DNA of 64,000 bases from the human T2T-CHM13v2.0 reference genome, Homo sapiens, in NCBI RefSeq assembly GCF_009914755.1, contig NC_060931.1. One strand, given 5' to 3'. Numbering within the stretch: the first letter of the stretch is position 1; every line of letters starts with the position of its first letter. The translations under genes and the position numbers were made by a program. The notes below the pieces were generated by a model, which saw only the letters and a program-made list of their open reading frames with translations, did not search any database and was not told the origin of the DNA. Of this stretch, positions 40,256 to 53,760 are shown in pieces.

Positions 40256-41293
40256 TATTGGGGGAACCAGCCCCCAATATTTCAACACAGGTTCTTTTCT
40301 ATTTTCCCTAAGTGTTGGCCAGTCTGAGAAATAAAGAGAAAGAGTACAAAGAGGTAAATTTTACAGCTGGGCCTTCAGGGGTAACATCACATATTGGCAG
40401 GTTCTGTGATGCCCACCTGAGCCACAAAACCAGCAAGTTTTTATTAGGGATTTCAAAAGGGGAGGGGTGTACAAATAGGGAGTAGGTCACAGGGATCACA
40501 TGCTTCAGAGGGCAATAAAAGATCACAAGGCAGGGGGTGAAATTAGAATTACTGATGAGTGTCCCACTGGGCATGCATTGTCTTGATAAACATCTTAACA
40601 GGAAACAGGGTTCGAGAGCAGACAACTGGTCTGACTAGAATTCACCAGGCTGGAATTTCCCAATCCTGGTAAGCCTGAGGGCACTGCAGGAGACCAGGGA
40701 GAATTTCATCTCTTATCTTCAACTGCATAAGACAGACACTCCCAGAACGGCCATTCATAGACCTACCCCTGGGAATGCATTCCTTCCCCAGGATTATTCC
40801 TTGCTGGGAAAAGAATTCAGCAATATTTCTCCTACTTGCTTTCTGCAAGAAGAAAAATAAGGCTCTATTCTGCCCGACCCCGCAGGCAGTCAGACCTTAA
40901 TGTTATCTTCCCTTGTTCCCTGAAGATCGCTGTTGTTCTGTTCCTTTTCAGGGTGCCCTGATTTCATATTGTTCAAACACATGTTTTACAGTTTGTACCA
41001 TTAATGCAATCATCACAGGATCCCGAGGTGACATACATCCTCAGCTTATGAAGATGATGGGATTAAGAGATTAAAGACAGGCATAGGAAATTATAAGAGT
41101 ATTGAGTGGGGAAATGATAAATGTCCATGAAATCTTCACAATTTATGTTCAGAGACTGCAGTAAAAACAGGCATAAGAAATTATGAAAGTACTAATTTTG
41201 GGAACTGATAAATGTCCATGAAGTCTTCACAATTTATGTTTTGCCGCAGCTTCAGCCGGTCCCTCCATTTGGGGCCCCTGACTTCCCGCAACA
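40256..41293 (-). mobile_element. Solo MER11 (HERV-K11/ERVK) LTR, same orientation as PTPRN2
   Basis: Reverse strand starts TGTTGCGGGAAGTCAGGG (MER11 5' end) and ends ...ATATTGGGGGCTGGTTCCCCCAATA; 6-bp TSD ACTTCC (40250-40255, 41294-41299); AATAAA on the minus strand at 40440-40445. Confidence 0.92.
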
Positions 41294-41595
41294 ACTTCCA
41301 CCATCAACAATATCATCTCCACTATCTCCACCATCAACAGCAGCATCCCCACCACCATCATCTTCACCATCATCATCCCACCATCCACAGCAGCATCCCC
41401 ACCATCATCATCTTCACCATCCACAGCAGCATCCCCACCATTATCACTTCCACCATCAACATGATCCCTGCCATCATCACCTCAACCATCAGCTTCCCAC
41501 CATCATCATCATCAGCAGCAGCAGCACCATCATCATCCACACCATCCACAGCAGCATCCACACCATCAGTGTCACCCCCGCCATCAGCATCATCA
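41294..41595. repeat. Degenerate (CAT/CAC/CAG)n repeat, right part
   Basis: Same unit types as 39400-40255, resuming right after the LTR TSD. Confidence 0.9.
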
Positions 41596-42903
41596 AACCC
41601 CTACTGCTGCTGTGTGCCAAGCCCTGGACTTCTATGAAGGAAGAATAACTCAGATGTGGCCCTGTCCTCAAACATCTTGCAGACTGAACTAGGAGTTGAG
41701 TCATAGACATTAACAACCGTAATTGAAAGAATGCTATTAGAAAGGGTCAGAAAAGCAATCCTGGTTTTGGAAGAATGTGATTCTCTTCAGCTGGAGGAAA
41801 TCAGAGCTGCTTCCTGGAGCCAGCTGATGCAGTTCACAGAGCCACGCCCTGCACCATACCCCTCACCTGTCAAACAGTGACACTGCTGAGGAAGTGACTC
41901 TCCTCGCTCCCAACTTTACTGGGGCCGGGAGTACCAGAGCTAAAAATCAGGCCTCTTCCTTTGACAAACATGCCTCTCCTGGAGATCCACCCAGCCCAGT
42001 CCCAAAGGCACAATTATGAGTTCAGGCTGACAGGAAGGCCTGGAGGTCCGGGGAGTCCCACATGCCGGGAGACTCTGGGTGGAGGAGACTCCTGTGTGTG
42101 CACTGGTCTCTGCCCATGCTCATCAGCTATTCTCCTGCACCGAGGATCCAAAACAAATTAGGAAGCCCAAGTCGGGACATCTTTTGACCACATAACACAC
42201 GTTTTCTCCCTGTCTCACTGCCCGCCGGCAGCACTGACAGGCACCTTGATCACGGCGTGCTTGCTGCCGGCCTGACAAAGCACACAGCCTCAGTGCTATT
42301 CACAGGCTTCCTAATGAGCCGGCACCGGATGCGGCCAGGTTTGGGAGCTGAGGTGGGAACGCTGCAGCTCCGGCTCCGGCTCGTGAATGTGGGGTTGGGA
42401 TGACTTCACTGTGCCTTTCTGTCTCGGGCCTTAGAGAGGTGATTCTGGCAGCTCATTTATTTTCTCTGTCTCTCTCTGTGTCTCTGTCTCTCTGTGTATC
42501 TCTGCCTCTGTCTCTGTCTTAACACAGTAGAAAGTGTCAGTGTTTAACAGTGCTCAGGCTCTAAGTGGCCCACTCGTGTGGAGGGGAAATAATTGTGGTG
42601 TCATTCTTACCAACAGTGCTGTCGCCAAGACAAAATAACTTTTTTGCATTCAGGGAAGCAGGGGGGTCTCACACGAGCGTATACGGTGCTATCTCTGCAG
42701 CCAAGGTATAGAGCTCTCAGACTGAAAAATAAGACCCCAAACAGTTTTCAGAGTTCACAAAATCTATGAGGTTGAAGAGGTTAAGTCCTAAACTACTTGG
42801 GATCAACAAATTTGTAGCGAGTTGACAGTATCACGGGGTGCCAATGTGAACTCCTGGATATCTGCTAATGATGATGCATTCTGAGAGTCTGGAATTATCT
42901 GAA

Positions 42904-43090
42904 GACTCGTGACACCATGAGGCCAGTGCTGCTCTCAGTCTGCCCTGCTCAAGACTCGCGACACCGTGAGGCCAGTGCTGATCTCACCCCGCCCTGCTGA
43001 GACTCACGACATCGTGAGGCCAGTGCTGCTCTCAGCCCGCCCTGCTCCGAGACTCGCAATGCCGTGAGGCCAGCACTGCTCTCAGCCCAC
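42904..43090. repeat. ~49-bp minisatellite (~4 copies)
   Basis: GACTCGCGACACCGTGAGGCCAGTGCTGCTCTCAGCCCGCCCTGCT at 42904, 42953, 43001, 43051. Confidence 0.88.
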
Positions 43091-43949
43091 CCTACTTTGC
43101 CCGCCACTCTTCCTTCTGTCACTCTTCTGGCTCCTGTTTGCGTTTTGGCCTTTCCAGAAGCTGCACCCAAAAGCCTCCTACCTGGCAAGTGAAAAGCACA
43201 GGGCATGATTAAAGCAGCGAGTTCCAATCCATGTCCCGTCCACCTTGGCCTGGGGTTAGAGGTCAGTTGGCTCATAACCACCCAGAAGATGGAGGGACAG
43301 TCATCGCCACGGGGCTCTTATTCACTGAGTGCTACACCAGGCTGTTTTCGGCTTTACGTGCCTTAATTTTCTCTAACCCTTTCAATGACTTGATGGTACA
43401 GACATGATTACCCACATTTTGCAAATGAGGAAAGAAGATCCTGCAGTGAGGAAAGGGCAGAGCTAAGATGCAGCCCTTCTCCCTAGGCTGTGTATGTCTG
43501 TCGAGTGACAGACACCAAACACGCCGAGTGAACAGAGGAACCGTAAGCAGGTCGGCTTCCATGGAGCACAGGTCTGGGTGTGGAGGGACTGCTAGTGCAG
43601 GGTGGGTGGTAGCTGTCACTGTGAGTGTTCAGTGGAGGGCAGGGACAGGACTGTCTGGGAGGAAACCAGGGGAGACAGTCAGGATGACGGTGGCCAGCAT
43701 GCATCAACCTGCTCTGCCTCAGATGCTACTGTGTATGCTGGGAGCAGAACACCATGCCCTGGGGCCAATTTTCCACCAGAGCTCCGCTTCCCACCAAAGG
43801 TCATAAGAACAATCACATGAGGGGGCAAACTTTTAAAAAACTCAAATGGACATCGTGAATGTGGCATCCAACATGTGGAGGCCACGGTCCTCATCGCTGT
43901 GTGCCTCCACACCTGCTCCTCCAGGTGGCATGGCTAAGCAGAGGGCTGT

Positions 43950-45232
43950 GAGGGAAGCTGTGCTATCTCTGCACAATCTCTCTAGGTGGCCCCCCTCCAG
44001 AAACAGGGATAGGGGAAGGTGGGCTTGTTGACCACATCTGGGTGGTGACAGTTTGGGGCTGTTCTGGATAGAGCCACTGTGGGCAGTCATGGGCCAGCTT
44101 TCCTGTGAATGCAGGCGTCCCTCCTCTTGGATAGACATCCAGAGGGGAACTGCTGAGTCCAAGGACAGACGTATCTTTAGCCTTTAAGCAGCTTCCAAAT
44201 ACAGGTTATAACAGCTTGCATTGCATTCCCCCTAATTTGAGAATTTCTATGTCCTCATCAAGAGTTGGTTTTATGGATTTTTTTTTAATTTTAGCCAATC
44301 TAGTGACATGAAGTGGTTGTTCTTTATGGTTTTGTGAATAAGGATGCTAAGCACCTTTGATGCCTTCATTGGCCATTTGTATATCTTTTTATGAAGTATC
44401 CGTTCAAAGTTTTTATACATTTTTGCATGGGATTGCTTGCCTCTTTTCCCTTTGGAGCACTACTGAGATATAATTGACATACAATAAACAGTACAGGAGG
44501 CATGACAATGAACACGTCCGTCACCCTGAATACATTCCGGTGCCCCTGGAGACACTGCCCTCTCCCATCCCTGTCCACAGCTCCAGGCAATCCCGACCAG
44601 CTTTCTGTCCCTTATAACCCAGTTTGCATTTTCTACAGCTTTCCAAACTGGAATTATAACAATAGCTCCTCTTTTGTCTTTTGGTCAACAGAAATGAGAC
44701 TCACTTTGCTGTTTCATGCATCAACAGCTCACTCCAGTTTATTACTGAGTAGCATTCCATTTTGTGGATCAAACAAAATTTCTTTGTCCATTTCTGATAG
44801 ACATTTGGGTTTTTTCAGTTGTGGGCATTTACTATGAAAGCTACCATGAAGATACGTGTGTAAATCTTTGAATGCACACATGCTTTCGTTTGTCTTGAGT
44901 AGAAGTGGGATGGAGGGATCACAGGCAAGTAAACATTTCACTTTTGAAGAAACTGTCAAGACGTTTTCCAAATCGTTGTTAATGTTTTACATTTCCACTG
45001 GTGGCATATGAGAGGTCCAGCTCCTCCACCTCCTTGCCAATACATAGGATGGTCAGTTTGTATTTTGTTTTTTTAAATTTTAGCCATTCTTATAGGTTTG
45101 TAGTGGTATTTCACTGTGATTTCAATTTTCATTTCCATAATGAGGAATGATACTGAATATTTCACATTAAATTGTCACTCATTTATCCTCTTTGGTGAAG
45201 TGTTTATTCAAATCTTTTGCCCATTTTTTAAA
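43950..45232 (-). mobile_element. Old L1M fragments (host of the L1PB insertion), left part
   Basis: gagatataattgacatacaataaac, ttactgagtagcattccatt, gccattcttataggtttgtagtggtatttcactgtg are reverse L1M 3' sequence. Confidence 0.75.
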
Positions 45233-45571
45233 TTTCAAAAGCTTTTGGGGTACGCATGGTTTGGGTCACATGTATGAATTTAATAGTGGTGAAGTCTCAG
45301 ATATTAATGCACCCATCATCCAAGTAATGCACATTGTACCCAATATGTAGGTTTTTTTATCCCTCTCCCCTCTCACCCTCCCGCTTCTGAGTCTCCAAAG
45401 TCCATTAGATCACTCTGTCTGCCTTTGCATACCCATAGCTTGGCTCCCACTTATAAGTCAGAACATAAGGTAATCGATTTTCCTTTCCTGAGTTACTTCA
45501 CTTAGAATAATGGCTTCCAGCTCCATCTAAGTGGCTGCAAGAGACATTATTACATTCTTTTTCGTGGCTGA

Positions 45572-45915
<344 letters not shown>

Positions 45916-46700
45916 TTTAGCCACTCATCAGTCAATGGGCACTTAGACTGGTTCCATATCTTTGCAATTGTGAATTGTGCTGCAATAAACATATATCTAC
46001 AGGTGCCTTTTTGATATATTGATTTCTTTTCCTTTGGATACTCAGTAGTGAGATTGCTGGATCAAAAGGGTAGATCAACTTTTAGTTCTTTATGAAATCT
46101 CCATTCTGTTTTCCATAGATGTTGTACTAATTTACATTCCCACCCGCAGTGGATAAGTGTTCCCTTTTCACCACAGTCATACCAACATCTATTGTTTTGT
46201 GACTTTTTAATAATAGTCATTCTTGCAGGAGTATGGTGGTATCTCATTGTGGTTTTAATTTGCATTTCCTTGATGATTAGTGATGTTGAGCATTTTTTTC
46301 ATATGTTGTTGCCCATTTGAATATCTTCTTTTAAGAAATGTCTGTTCACGTCATTTGTCCACTTTTTAATGGGATTTTTTTTTCTTGCTAAATTGTTTGA
46401 GTTCCTTGTAGATTCTGGATGTTGGTCCTTTGTCAGATGCATAGTTTGCAAATATTTTCTCCCATTCTGTGGGTTTTCTGATAATTTCTTTTGCTATATG
46501 AAGCTTTTCAGTTTAATTAGGTCCAATTTATTTTTGTTTTAGTTGCATTTGCTTTTGGGGTCTTACCCATGAACTCTTTGCCAAGGCCAATGTCCAGAAG
46601 ATTTTTTCCTACTTAATCTTCTAGAAGTTTTATGGTTTCAGGTCTTAGATTTAAGTTGTTGATCCATCTTGAGTTGATTTTTGTATAAGGTAAGAGATAA

Positions 46701-47187
46701 TGAGGTAGGAGGCAGGACTCAACTTCAGAGGCAGGGCTGGGTTACTGAACCAAATTGAGGACTAGTTAAAACAGGGCCAAGGTGGAAGCAGGTTTCCATA
46801 AGTCTCACCCACCAATATGCCATGTCAGTTTACACTTGCCATGACAACACCAAGGAGTAACTGCCCCTTTCCATGGCAATGACCTGATGACCCAAAAGTT
46901 ACTACCCCTTCCCTAGATATTTCTGCATAAACCACTCTTAACCCTCATGTAATTAAAAGTAGCTATAAATATGACTGCAAAGCTTCCCTGAGCTGCTACT
47001 CTCTGCCTATGGGGTAGCCTGGCTCTGCAGGAGCAGTCACAGAGCTAAAACACTGCCAGAGTTGTAACACTGCCTTTTCAATAAGGTTGCTTTCTTTTAT
47101 CTCCAGCTTGCCCTTGAATTCTTTCCTGGGCAAAGCCAAGAACCCTGGTGGGCTAAGCCCCACTTTGGGGCTCCTTACCCTGCATCA
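46701..47187 (+). mobile_element. Solo ERV1 LTR (MER66/MER41-like) inserted in L1 ORF2
   Basis: TG...CA termini (tgaggtaggaggcagg ... ccctgcatca), TATAAA at ~46964, imperfect 4-bp TSD ATAA/ATAG; L1 sequence resumes seamlessly on both sides. Confidence 0.8.
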
Positions 47188-49362
47188 ATAGAGATCCAGT
47201 TTCATTCTTCTACATGTGGCTATCCAGTTTTACCAAAACCATTTATCAAACAGGTGTCCTTTCCCCAGTTTATGGTTTTCTATGCTTTTTCAAAGATCAG
47301 TTGGTTGTAAGTGTTTGGGTTTATTTCTGGGTTCTTTATTCTGTTCCATTGTTCTATGTGCCTACTCTTCTACCAGTACCATGCTGTTTTGGTAACTCTA
47401 GCCTTGTAGTATAGTTTGGAGTCAGGTAATGTGATGCCTCCAGATCTGTTCTTTTTGTTTAGGATTGCTTTTGCTATTTGGGCTATTTTTTGGTGCTATA
47501 TGAAAATAATGTTGGTATTTTGATAGGAATTTCATTAAATCTGTAGATTGCTTTGGGCAGTGTGGGCATTTTCATGAAATTCTTCCAATCCATAAGCATG
47601 GGATGTGTTTCCATTTGTTTGTGTCATCTACAGTGTATTTCAGCAGTGTCTTGTAGTTCTCTGTATAGAGATCTTTCACCTCCTTGGTTAAGTATATTGA
47701 TAGGTATTTTATTTATTTTCTGAAGCCCTCGTACAGGGGATTGAGTTCTTGATTTGATTCTCAGCTTGGTCATTGTTGGTATATAGCACTGCTACTGATT
47801 TGTGTACATTGATTTTGTAACCTGAGACTTTCCTGAATTCGTTTATGAAATCTAGGAGTCTTTTGGAGGAGTCTTTAGGGTTTTGTAGGTATATCATATC
47901 ATTGGCAAACAGCAATAGTTTGACTTCCTCTTTTCCATTTTGGATGCCCTTTATTTCCTTCTGTTTTCTGACTGCTCTGGCTAGGACTTCCAGTACTATG
48001 TTGAATAGAAGTGGTGAGAGTGGGCATCCTTGTCTTCTTTCAGTTCGCAGGGGGGATGCTTTCAACTTTTCCCCATTCCATATAATGTTGGTTGTGGGTT
48101 TATCATATATGGCTTTTATTATTTTGAGGTAAGTCCCTTCTGTGCCGAGTTTGTTGAGAGTTTTTATCATGAAGTGATGCTGGGTTTTATTGAATGCTTT
48201 TCCTGCATCTATTGAGATAATCGTATGGTGTTTGTTTTTAACTGTTTATGTGACGTATCACATTTACTGACTTGCATGTGTTAAACCATCCCTGCATCCC
48301 TGGGATGAAACCCACTTGATCATGGTTTATTATCTTTTTGATGTGCTGTTGGGTTCAGTCAGCTAGTATTTCGTAGAGGGTTTTTGCCTCTATGTTCATC
48401 AGGGATATTGGTCTATAGTTTGCTTTTGTTCATTATTTTATCCCTGATTTTAGTGTCAGAGTGATACTGGCTTCATAGAATTAGTTAGGGAGGATTCTCT
48501 CTGCCCTGATCCTTTGGAATAGTTTCAGTAGAATTGGTACCAATTCTTTGAGTGTCTGGTATAATTCAGCTGTGAATCCATCTGGTCCTGGGCTTTTTTT
48601 GTTATGGGCAATTTTTAAGTTACTGATTCAATCTCACTGCTTGTTATTAGTCTGTTCAGGGTTTTTATTCCTTCCTAATTTAATCTAGGAGGGTTGTATG
48701 CTTGCAGGAATATATTCGTGTATTCATTTCTTCTAGATTTTCTAGTTTGTATGCATAGAAGTGTTCATAATAGTCGTGAATAATCTTTTGTATTTCTGTG
48801 GTATAGTTGAGCTTATTTTAATCTTCACTCTTCATTTCTTGATTAATCTAGCTAATGGTCCATCAATTTTGTTTATATTTTCAAAAAACCAATTTTTTGT
48901 TTCATCTTTTGTATTTGTTTCTTTCCTTCAAATTGATTTAGCTCTGTTCTGATCTTTGTTATTTTCTTCTTCCAGCTTTGGGTTTAGTTTGTTCATATTT
49001 CTCTAGTTACTTGATGTGTGACATTAGGTTGTCACTTTGGGCTCTTTCAGACTTTCTGATATAGGCATTTAGCACAGTGAACTTTCCTCTTAGCATTGCT
49101 TTTGCCATATCCCAGAGGTTTTGATAACTTGTGTCACTATTATCATTCATTTCAAAGAATTTGTAAACTTCCATCTTGATTTTACTGTTAACCCAAAAAT
49201 CATTGAGGAGCATATTTTTTTATTTCCATGTATTTGTGTAGTTTAAAAAATTCCTTTTGGAGTGGATTTCTAGTTTTATTCCACTGTGGTCTGAGAAGAT
49301 ACTTGATATAATTTTAATTTTAAAAAATTTATTGAGACTTGTTTTGTAGCCTAGTATACAGT

Positions 49363-49743
49363 CTTTTTTTGTTTCATTACTTTTTCTTCTAAAAAGACGG
49401 GATACACGTGCAGAACATGCAGGTTTGTTACCTATGTATATGTGTGCCATGGTGGTTTGCTGCACCTATTGACTTGTCCTCTAATTTCCCTCCACTCTCC
49501 CCCCAACCCTCAGCAGGCCCTGGTGTGTGTTGTTCCCCTCCTTGTGTCCATGTGTTCTCACTGTTCAACTACCACTTATATGTGAGAACATGCAGTGTTT
49601 GATTTTCTGTTCCTGTGTTAGTTTGTTGAGGATGATGGCTTCTAGCTTCATCCATGTCCCTCCAAGGGACATGATCTCATTCCTTTTTATGGCTGCATAG
49701 TATTCCATGGTGTATATGTACCACATTTTCTTCATCTACTCTA
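49363..49743 (-). mobile_element. 5'-truncated L1PA (L1PA8-like) 3' end inserted in the L1PB
   Basis: cgggatacacgtgcagaacatgcaggtttgttac...ggctgcatagtattccatggtgtatatgtaccacattttc; host ORF2 sequence continues on both sides. Confidence 0.8.
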
Positions 49744-50985
49744 TTTTGGAGAATGTTCCATGTGCTCATGAGGAGAATGTATATTCTGCAGTTCTTGATT
49801 AGAATGTTATGTAAATATCTGTTAGATCCATTTGTTCTAGAGTGTAGACTAAGTCCATTGTTTCCTTGTTGACTTTCTGTCTCAATGATCTGTCCTGTAC
49901 TGTCAGTGAAGTATTGAGGTCCCCCAGTGTTGGCATGTTGCTGCCTATCTCACTTCTCACATCTAGCAGTAATTATTTTATGAATCTGAGAGCTCCAGCA
50001 TTTGGTGCATATAAATTTAGAATTGTAATATCTTCTTGTTGGATTGGCCCTTTTATCATCATTTAATGACCTTCTTTGTCTCTTTTTACTGTTGTTGCTT
50101 TAAAGTCTGTTTTATCTGATATTAGAATGCTCCTGCTCACTTTTGGTTTCCATTTGCATGGAATATATTTTACTACCCCTTTACCTTAACTTTATATGCA
50201 TCTTTATGTGTTAGGTGACTATGTTGAGATAGCAGATATTTGGTTTGTGTCTTTTTATCCATTCTACCAATCTGTTATCTTTTAAATGGAGGATTTAGGC
50301 CATTTACATTCAACACTAATATTGAGATGTGAGATATTGTCCCAATCATCATGGAGACAGGAAGTGTGGCTTTCAGACCACATCTATCCCAGTCCAGCAG
50401 CAAAGCCAGGCTCCCAGATCCTGTGTTTGTGGCTGCAGCGTGCTTCCCACTCCCCCCTGGGTTATGGCCAAGGGAGTTTGTCCCCACTCAAGATTAGATT
50501 GCAAATTTCAGTTGGGAGCTTCTCTCAACCCGTGGCCACTGACTGAGTTGGTTGGCAGACTTCCGCAAGGTCCCCTGTGAGGCAGAATGGCTTCCCCAAT
50601 CCATGCTGGAGACTGGGAATGCACACAGGGCTCTTTCTACTGCTTCTCCTACTTTATATTCTCCACTGCTCCCTAAATCAGTTCCAGGACTTGGTAGGGT
50701 TAAGGTCCCGCCCCCATGGGCTGAATTCTCCAGTGGGGGTGCATATCTTGGAGGCAGTGTCTCCCCCTCACACTGTGGGGCTTACAGTTCTTTGCTTGGC
50801 TCACAGTGTACGCTGCAGCCTGCCACTTCTTTCAAAGGTTCTGTGGTTTCTTTTAGTTTTCCTGTCAAGTTCTGGTGTCGCTTCTTGGAAAAAAGTTCAC
50901 AGTGTGAATCTTTACACACTATTTTGTCTTTCCAAGTGGGAGAGGCATGCTAACACCGCTTCTAATCCACTGTCTTGAAAAAAAA

Positions 50986-52735
50986 TGCCCATTTTTAATG
51001 TGCTGCTTTTTTAGTTTTTAGAGATTTTTATACATTCTGAAATTTTTTATCTTAAAAAGTGCTATTTGCAAGTATTTTTCTAAGTATGTGGCTTGTCTTT
51101 TCAATCTTTTGTGTGTCTTTCGAAGAAGTGTCTTCTTTTGAAGAAGAAAATTTTTAAATTTTGACAAAGTTCTAGTTATCAATTTTTTTTAAGGATTGTG
51201 TTTTTGTATCATATTGATACCAATTTGGAGGTAATTTCTACCTTAACACTATTGAGTCTTTAGACACATGACCATGTATATATCACCATTAATTTGTCTT
51301 ATTGTTCTCATCAATGTATTGTAGTTTTCATTGTACATTGTCTTACACATATTTTAGATTCAACCTCAATTATTTCATAATTTTTGATGCTACTATATTT
51401 TTTAAAATTCATATTTAATTGTTGCTAGTATACAGAAATAAATTAATTTTTGTGTGCTGACTTTGCACTCTACAGCATTGCTATATTTACTAGTTTTAGT
51501 AGCTTTTCTGTAGGTTCCACCAAATTTTTGACAAAGGTTATGTAATCTGAATGCCTCTCATTTCTTCTTGTTTTATTGCACTGGCTAAGATCTTCAATGT
51601 GACAGGCAGTGGATCACCTGAGGTCAGGAGTTCGAGACCAGCCTGGCCAACATGGTGAAACCTAGTCTCTACTGAAAATGCAAAAATTAGCCGGGCATGG
51701 TGGTGGGTGCCTATAATCCCAGCTACTCGGGAGGCTGAGGTAGGAGCATCACTTGAACCCAGGAGGCAGAGGGTTGCAGTGAGCCAAGATTGTGCCACTG
51801 CACTCCAGCCTGGGCAAGAAGAATGAACTTCCGTCTCAAAAGAAAAAAGAAAGATCTTCAATGCAGTGTTGAATTGAAGAGGTAAGAGCAGACATCCTCG
51901 TCTAATGCCAGATTTTAAGTGGAAAGCATTCAGCCCTTCACCAGTTGATGTAATCTTAGATGTAGGTTTCCGTCATGGATGGATGGATGCTGGGTTTTGC
52001 CAAATGCTTTTTCCAGTATCTACTGAGACCATCACATGGTCTATGTAACTATGGTGAGTTATGTTGGTTGATGTTTAAATGTTCGATATACCCTGCATAT
52101 CTGGGATAAATCTGCCTTGATTATGATGCAGTATTCTTTTTTATATATTGTTGAATTTAATTTGATAAAAATTGTTTAGAATTTTTGTTTCTATATTTCT
52201 GAAGAATAATAATCTGCAGTTTTCTTTTAAAATCTTTCTCTGTATGATTTTGATCTGTTGACATTTATTGAGACTTATTTTATGGCCCAGCATTTGATCT
52301 AGTTTGGGAAATATTCTATATAACATACTCAAAAAGAATGTGTGTTTAGCAGTTTTTAGGTGTATCATTCTATAAACATCACTTAGCTTAGACTGGTTAA
52401 TGCTGTGGTTCAAATCTTCTCTATCCTTACTGATACTTTATCTATTTGTTTAATCAGTTACTGACAGAGGAGAGTTTCAATCATTAATGATCATGATCGA
52501 CCTGTATGTTCCTCTCTTTAGTACTCTCATATATTTCCTTTATGTATTTGAAGCTCTGAAATTGGTTCATAACATTTTTCTATAGCATCTTAATGAATTG
52601 ACCATTTAGTCATCATAAAGTGTCTCTGTCATGAATAACACTTTTAGTCTTGAAGTCCACTCTGTCTAATATTAACATGACCACACCAGCTTTCCTGCCT
52701 TTCGAGTTTCCATCGTACACATTTTCCATCCTTTA
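50986..52735 (-). mobile_element. Old L1M, right part (continuation of the host element)
   Basis: Degenerate ORF2-like sequence (ORF-track remnant KLSDVYRMIHLKTAKHTFFLS...KLDQMLGHKISLNK). Confidence 0.75.
51600..51850 (+). mobile_element. 5'-truncated AluS element
   Basis: Begins at ...ggcagtggatcacctgaggtcagg; 13-bp TSD AAGATCTTCAATG at 51587-51599 and 51851-51863. Confidence 0.92.
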
Positions 52736-53521
52736 GGTCTAAGTTGCCTTCTTCGCCCAGGCTTGGATCTGGGCTCCAGTGAGACTCGAGATCCCTTTAT
52801 GCTCTGCACTCAGCCGCCAGGTTTCTGAACCATGGGGGAGCTCTCTGCTTTATGGTCCAAGTGTCAGTTTGTGAGTTTCTGAAGCTTCTCTTCCCCGTCG
52901 GTCCCACCCTGGCTTTCTGCACCCTTAGAAAGATTCAACAGATCTTTTTCCACCATGCTCCCTTGTCCCCAGTCTTCAGAAGGCCACATGGGGCACTCCA
53001 TAGAGGCCTGGTGCTCCTTGGCAGGATTTCTCCCAGCCCTCTCCCTCCTCCATCCCTAGTGCCACATCTCACATACTCAGCGAAAGCCCACAGGAAAGAG
53101 GCGGGGGTGCAGACACTCGCTTTGCACAGCCTGTCTCTCAAATCTGTTCCATGCACCTCAAGAGTTTCTTAAAATTTAGGCCGAATTCTCCCCACTTCCT
53201 GTGACTGGCTTCTGCTTCTTCCATTCCAATGCGCATGAAAGAAGCTGTGGTCTCCTCTCCTTGGAATGGGTTCATCCATCCCTTTCTGGAATGCAGTTCA
53301 TCCTCTTTTCCTGTGTCCTCAGCTCTGGCAGATTTCTCCTGGGGCTCACTCGTGTTGTTGGGGTGGGAGGGGGATAGTCTCCTGGCAGATTTCTCCCGGG
53401 GGCTCACTCATGTGGTCGGGGTGGGAGGAGAATGGGCTCCTGACACTCTGCACCCTACGTCCATCGTACACCTGCAGGAGGTGTCTCCTGGTCGTCCCCC
53501 AAGGCCGTCCTCTTGGAAGCC

Positions 53522-53760
53522 CACCTGGGCCACCTACCCCCTCTGGCATGAGTACGCCTGGGCTCACCTGCCCCCTCCGTCAGAAGCCCGCCTGGGCCAC
53601 CTGCCCCCTCTGGCATGAACGCACCTGGGCCCACCTGCCCCCTCTGTCAGAAGCCCGCCTGGGCCACCTGCCCCCTCTGGCATGAGCGCGCCTGGGCCTA
53701 CCTGCCCCCTCTGTCAGAAGCCCGCCTGGGCCACCTGCCCCCTCTGGCATGAGTGCACCT
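53522..53760. repeat. Dimeric minisatellite: alternating 33- and 34-bp units (67-bp higher-order period, ~3.5 copies)
   Basis: cctggg at 53524, 53557, 53591, 53624, 53658, 53691, 53725; units alternate ...ctctggcatga and ...ctgtcagaagccc. Confidence 0.9.

Noticed and set aside
47709-48170. Reverse-transcriptase-like ORF as an active or novel RT system
   Set aside because: Fragment of a decayed L1 ORF2 with frameshifts, stops and an altered catalytic motif (FANDM instead of FADDM).
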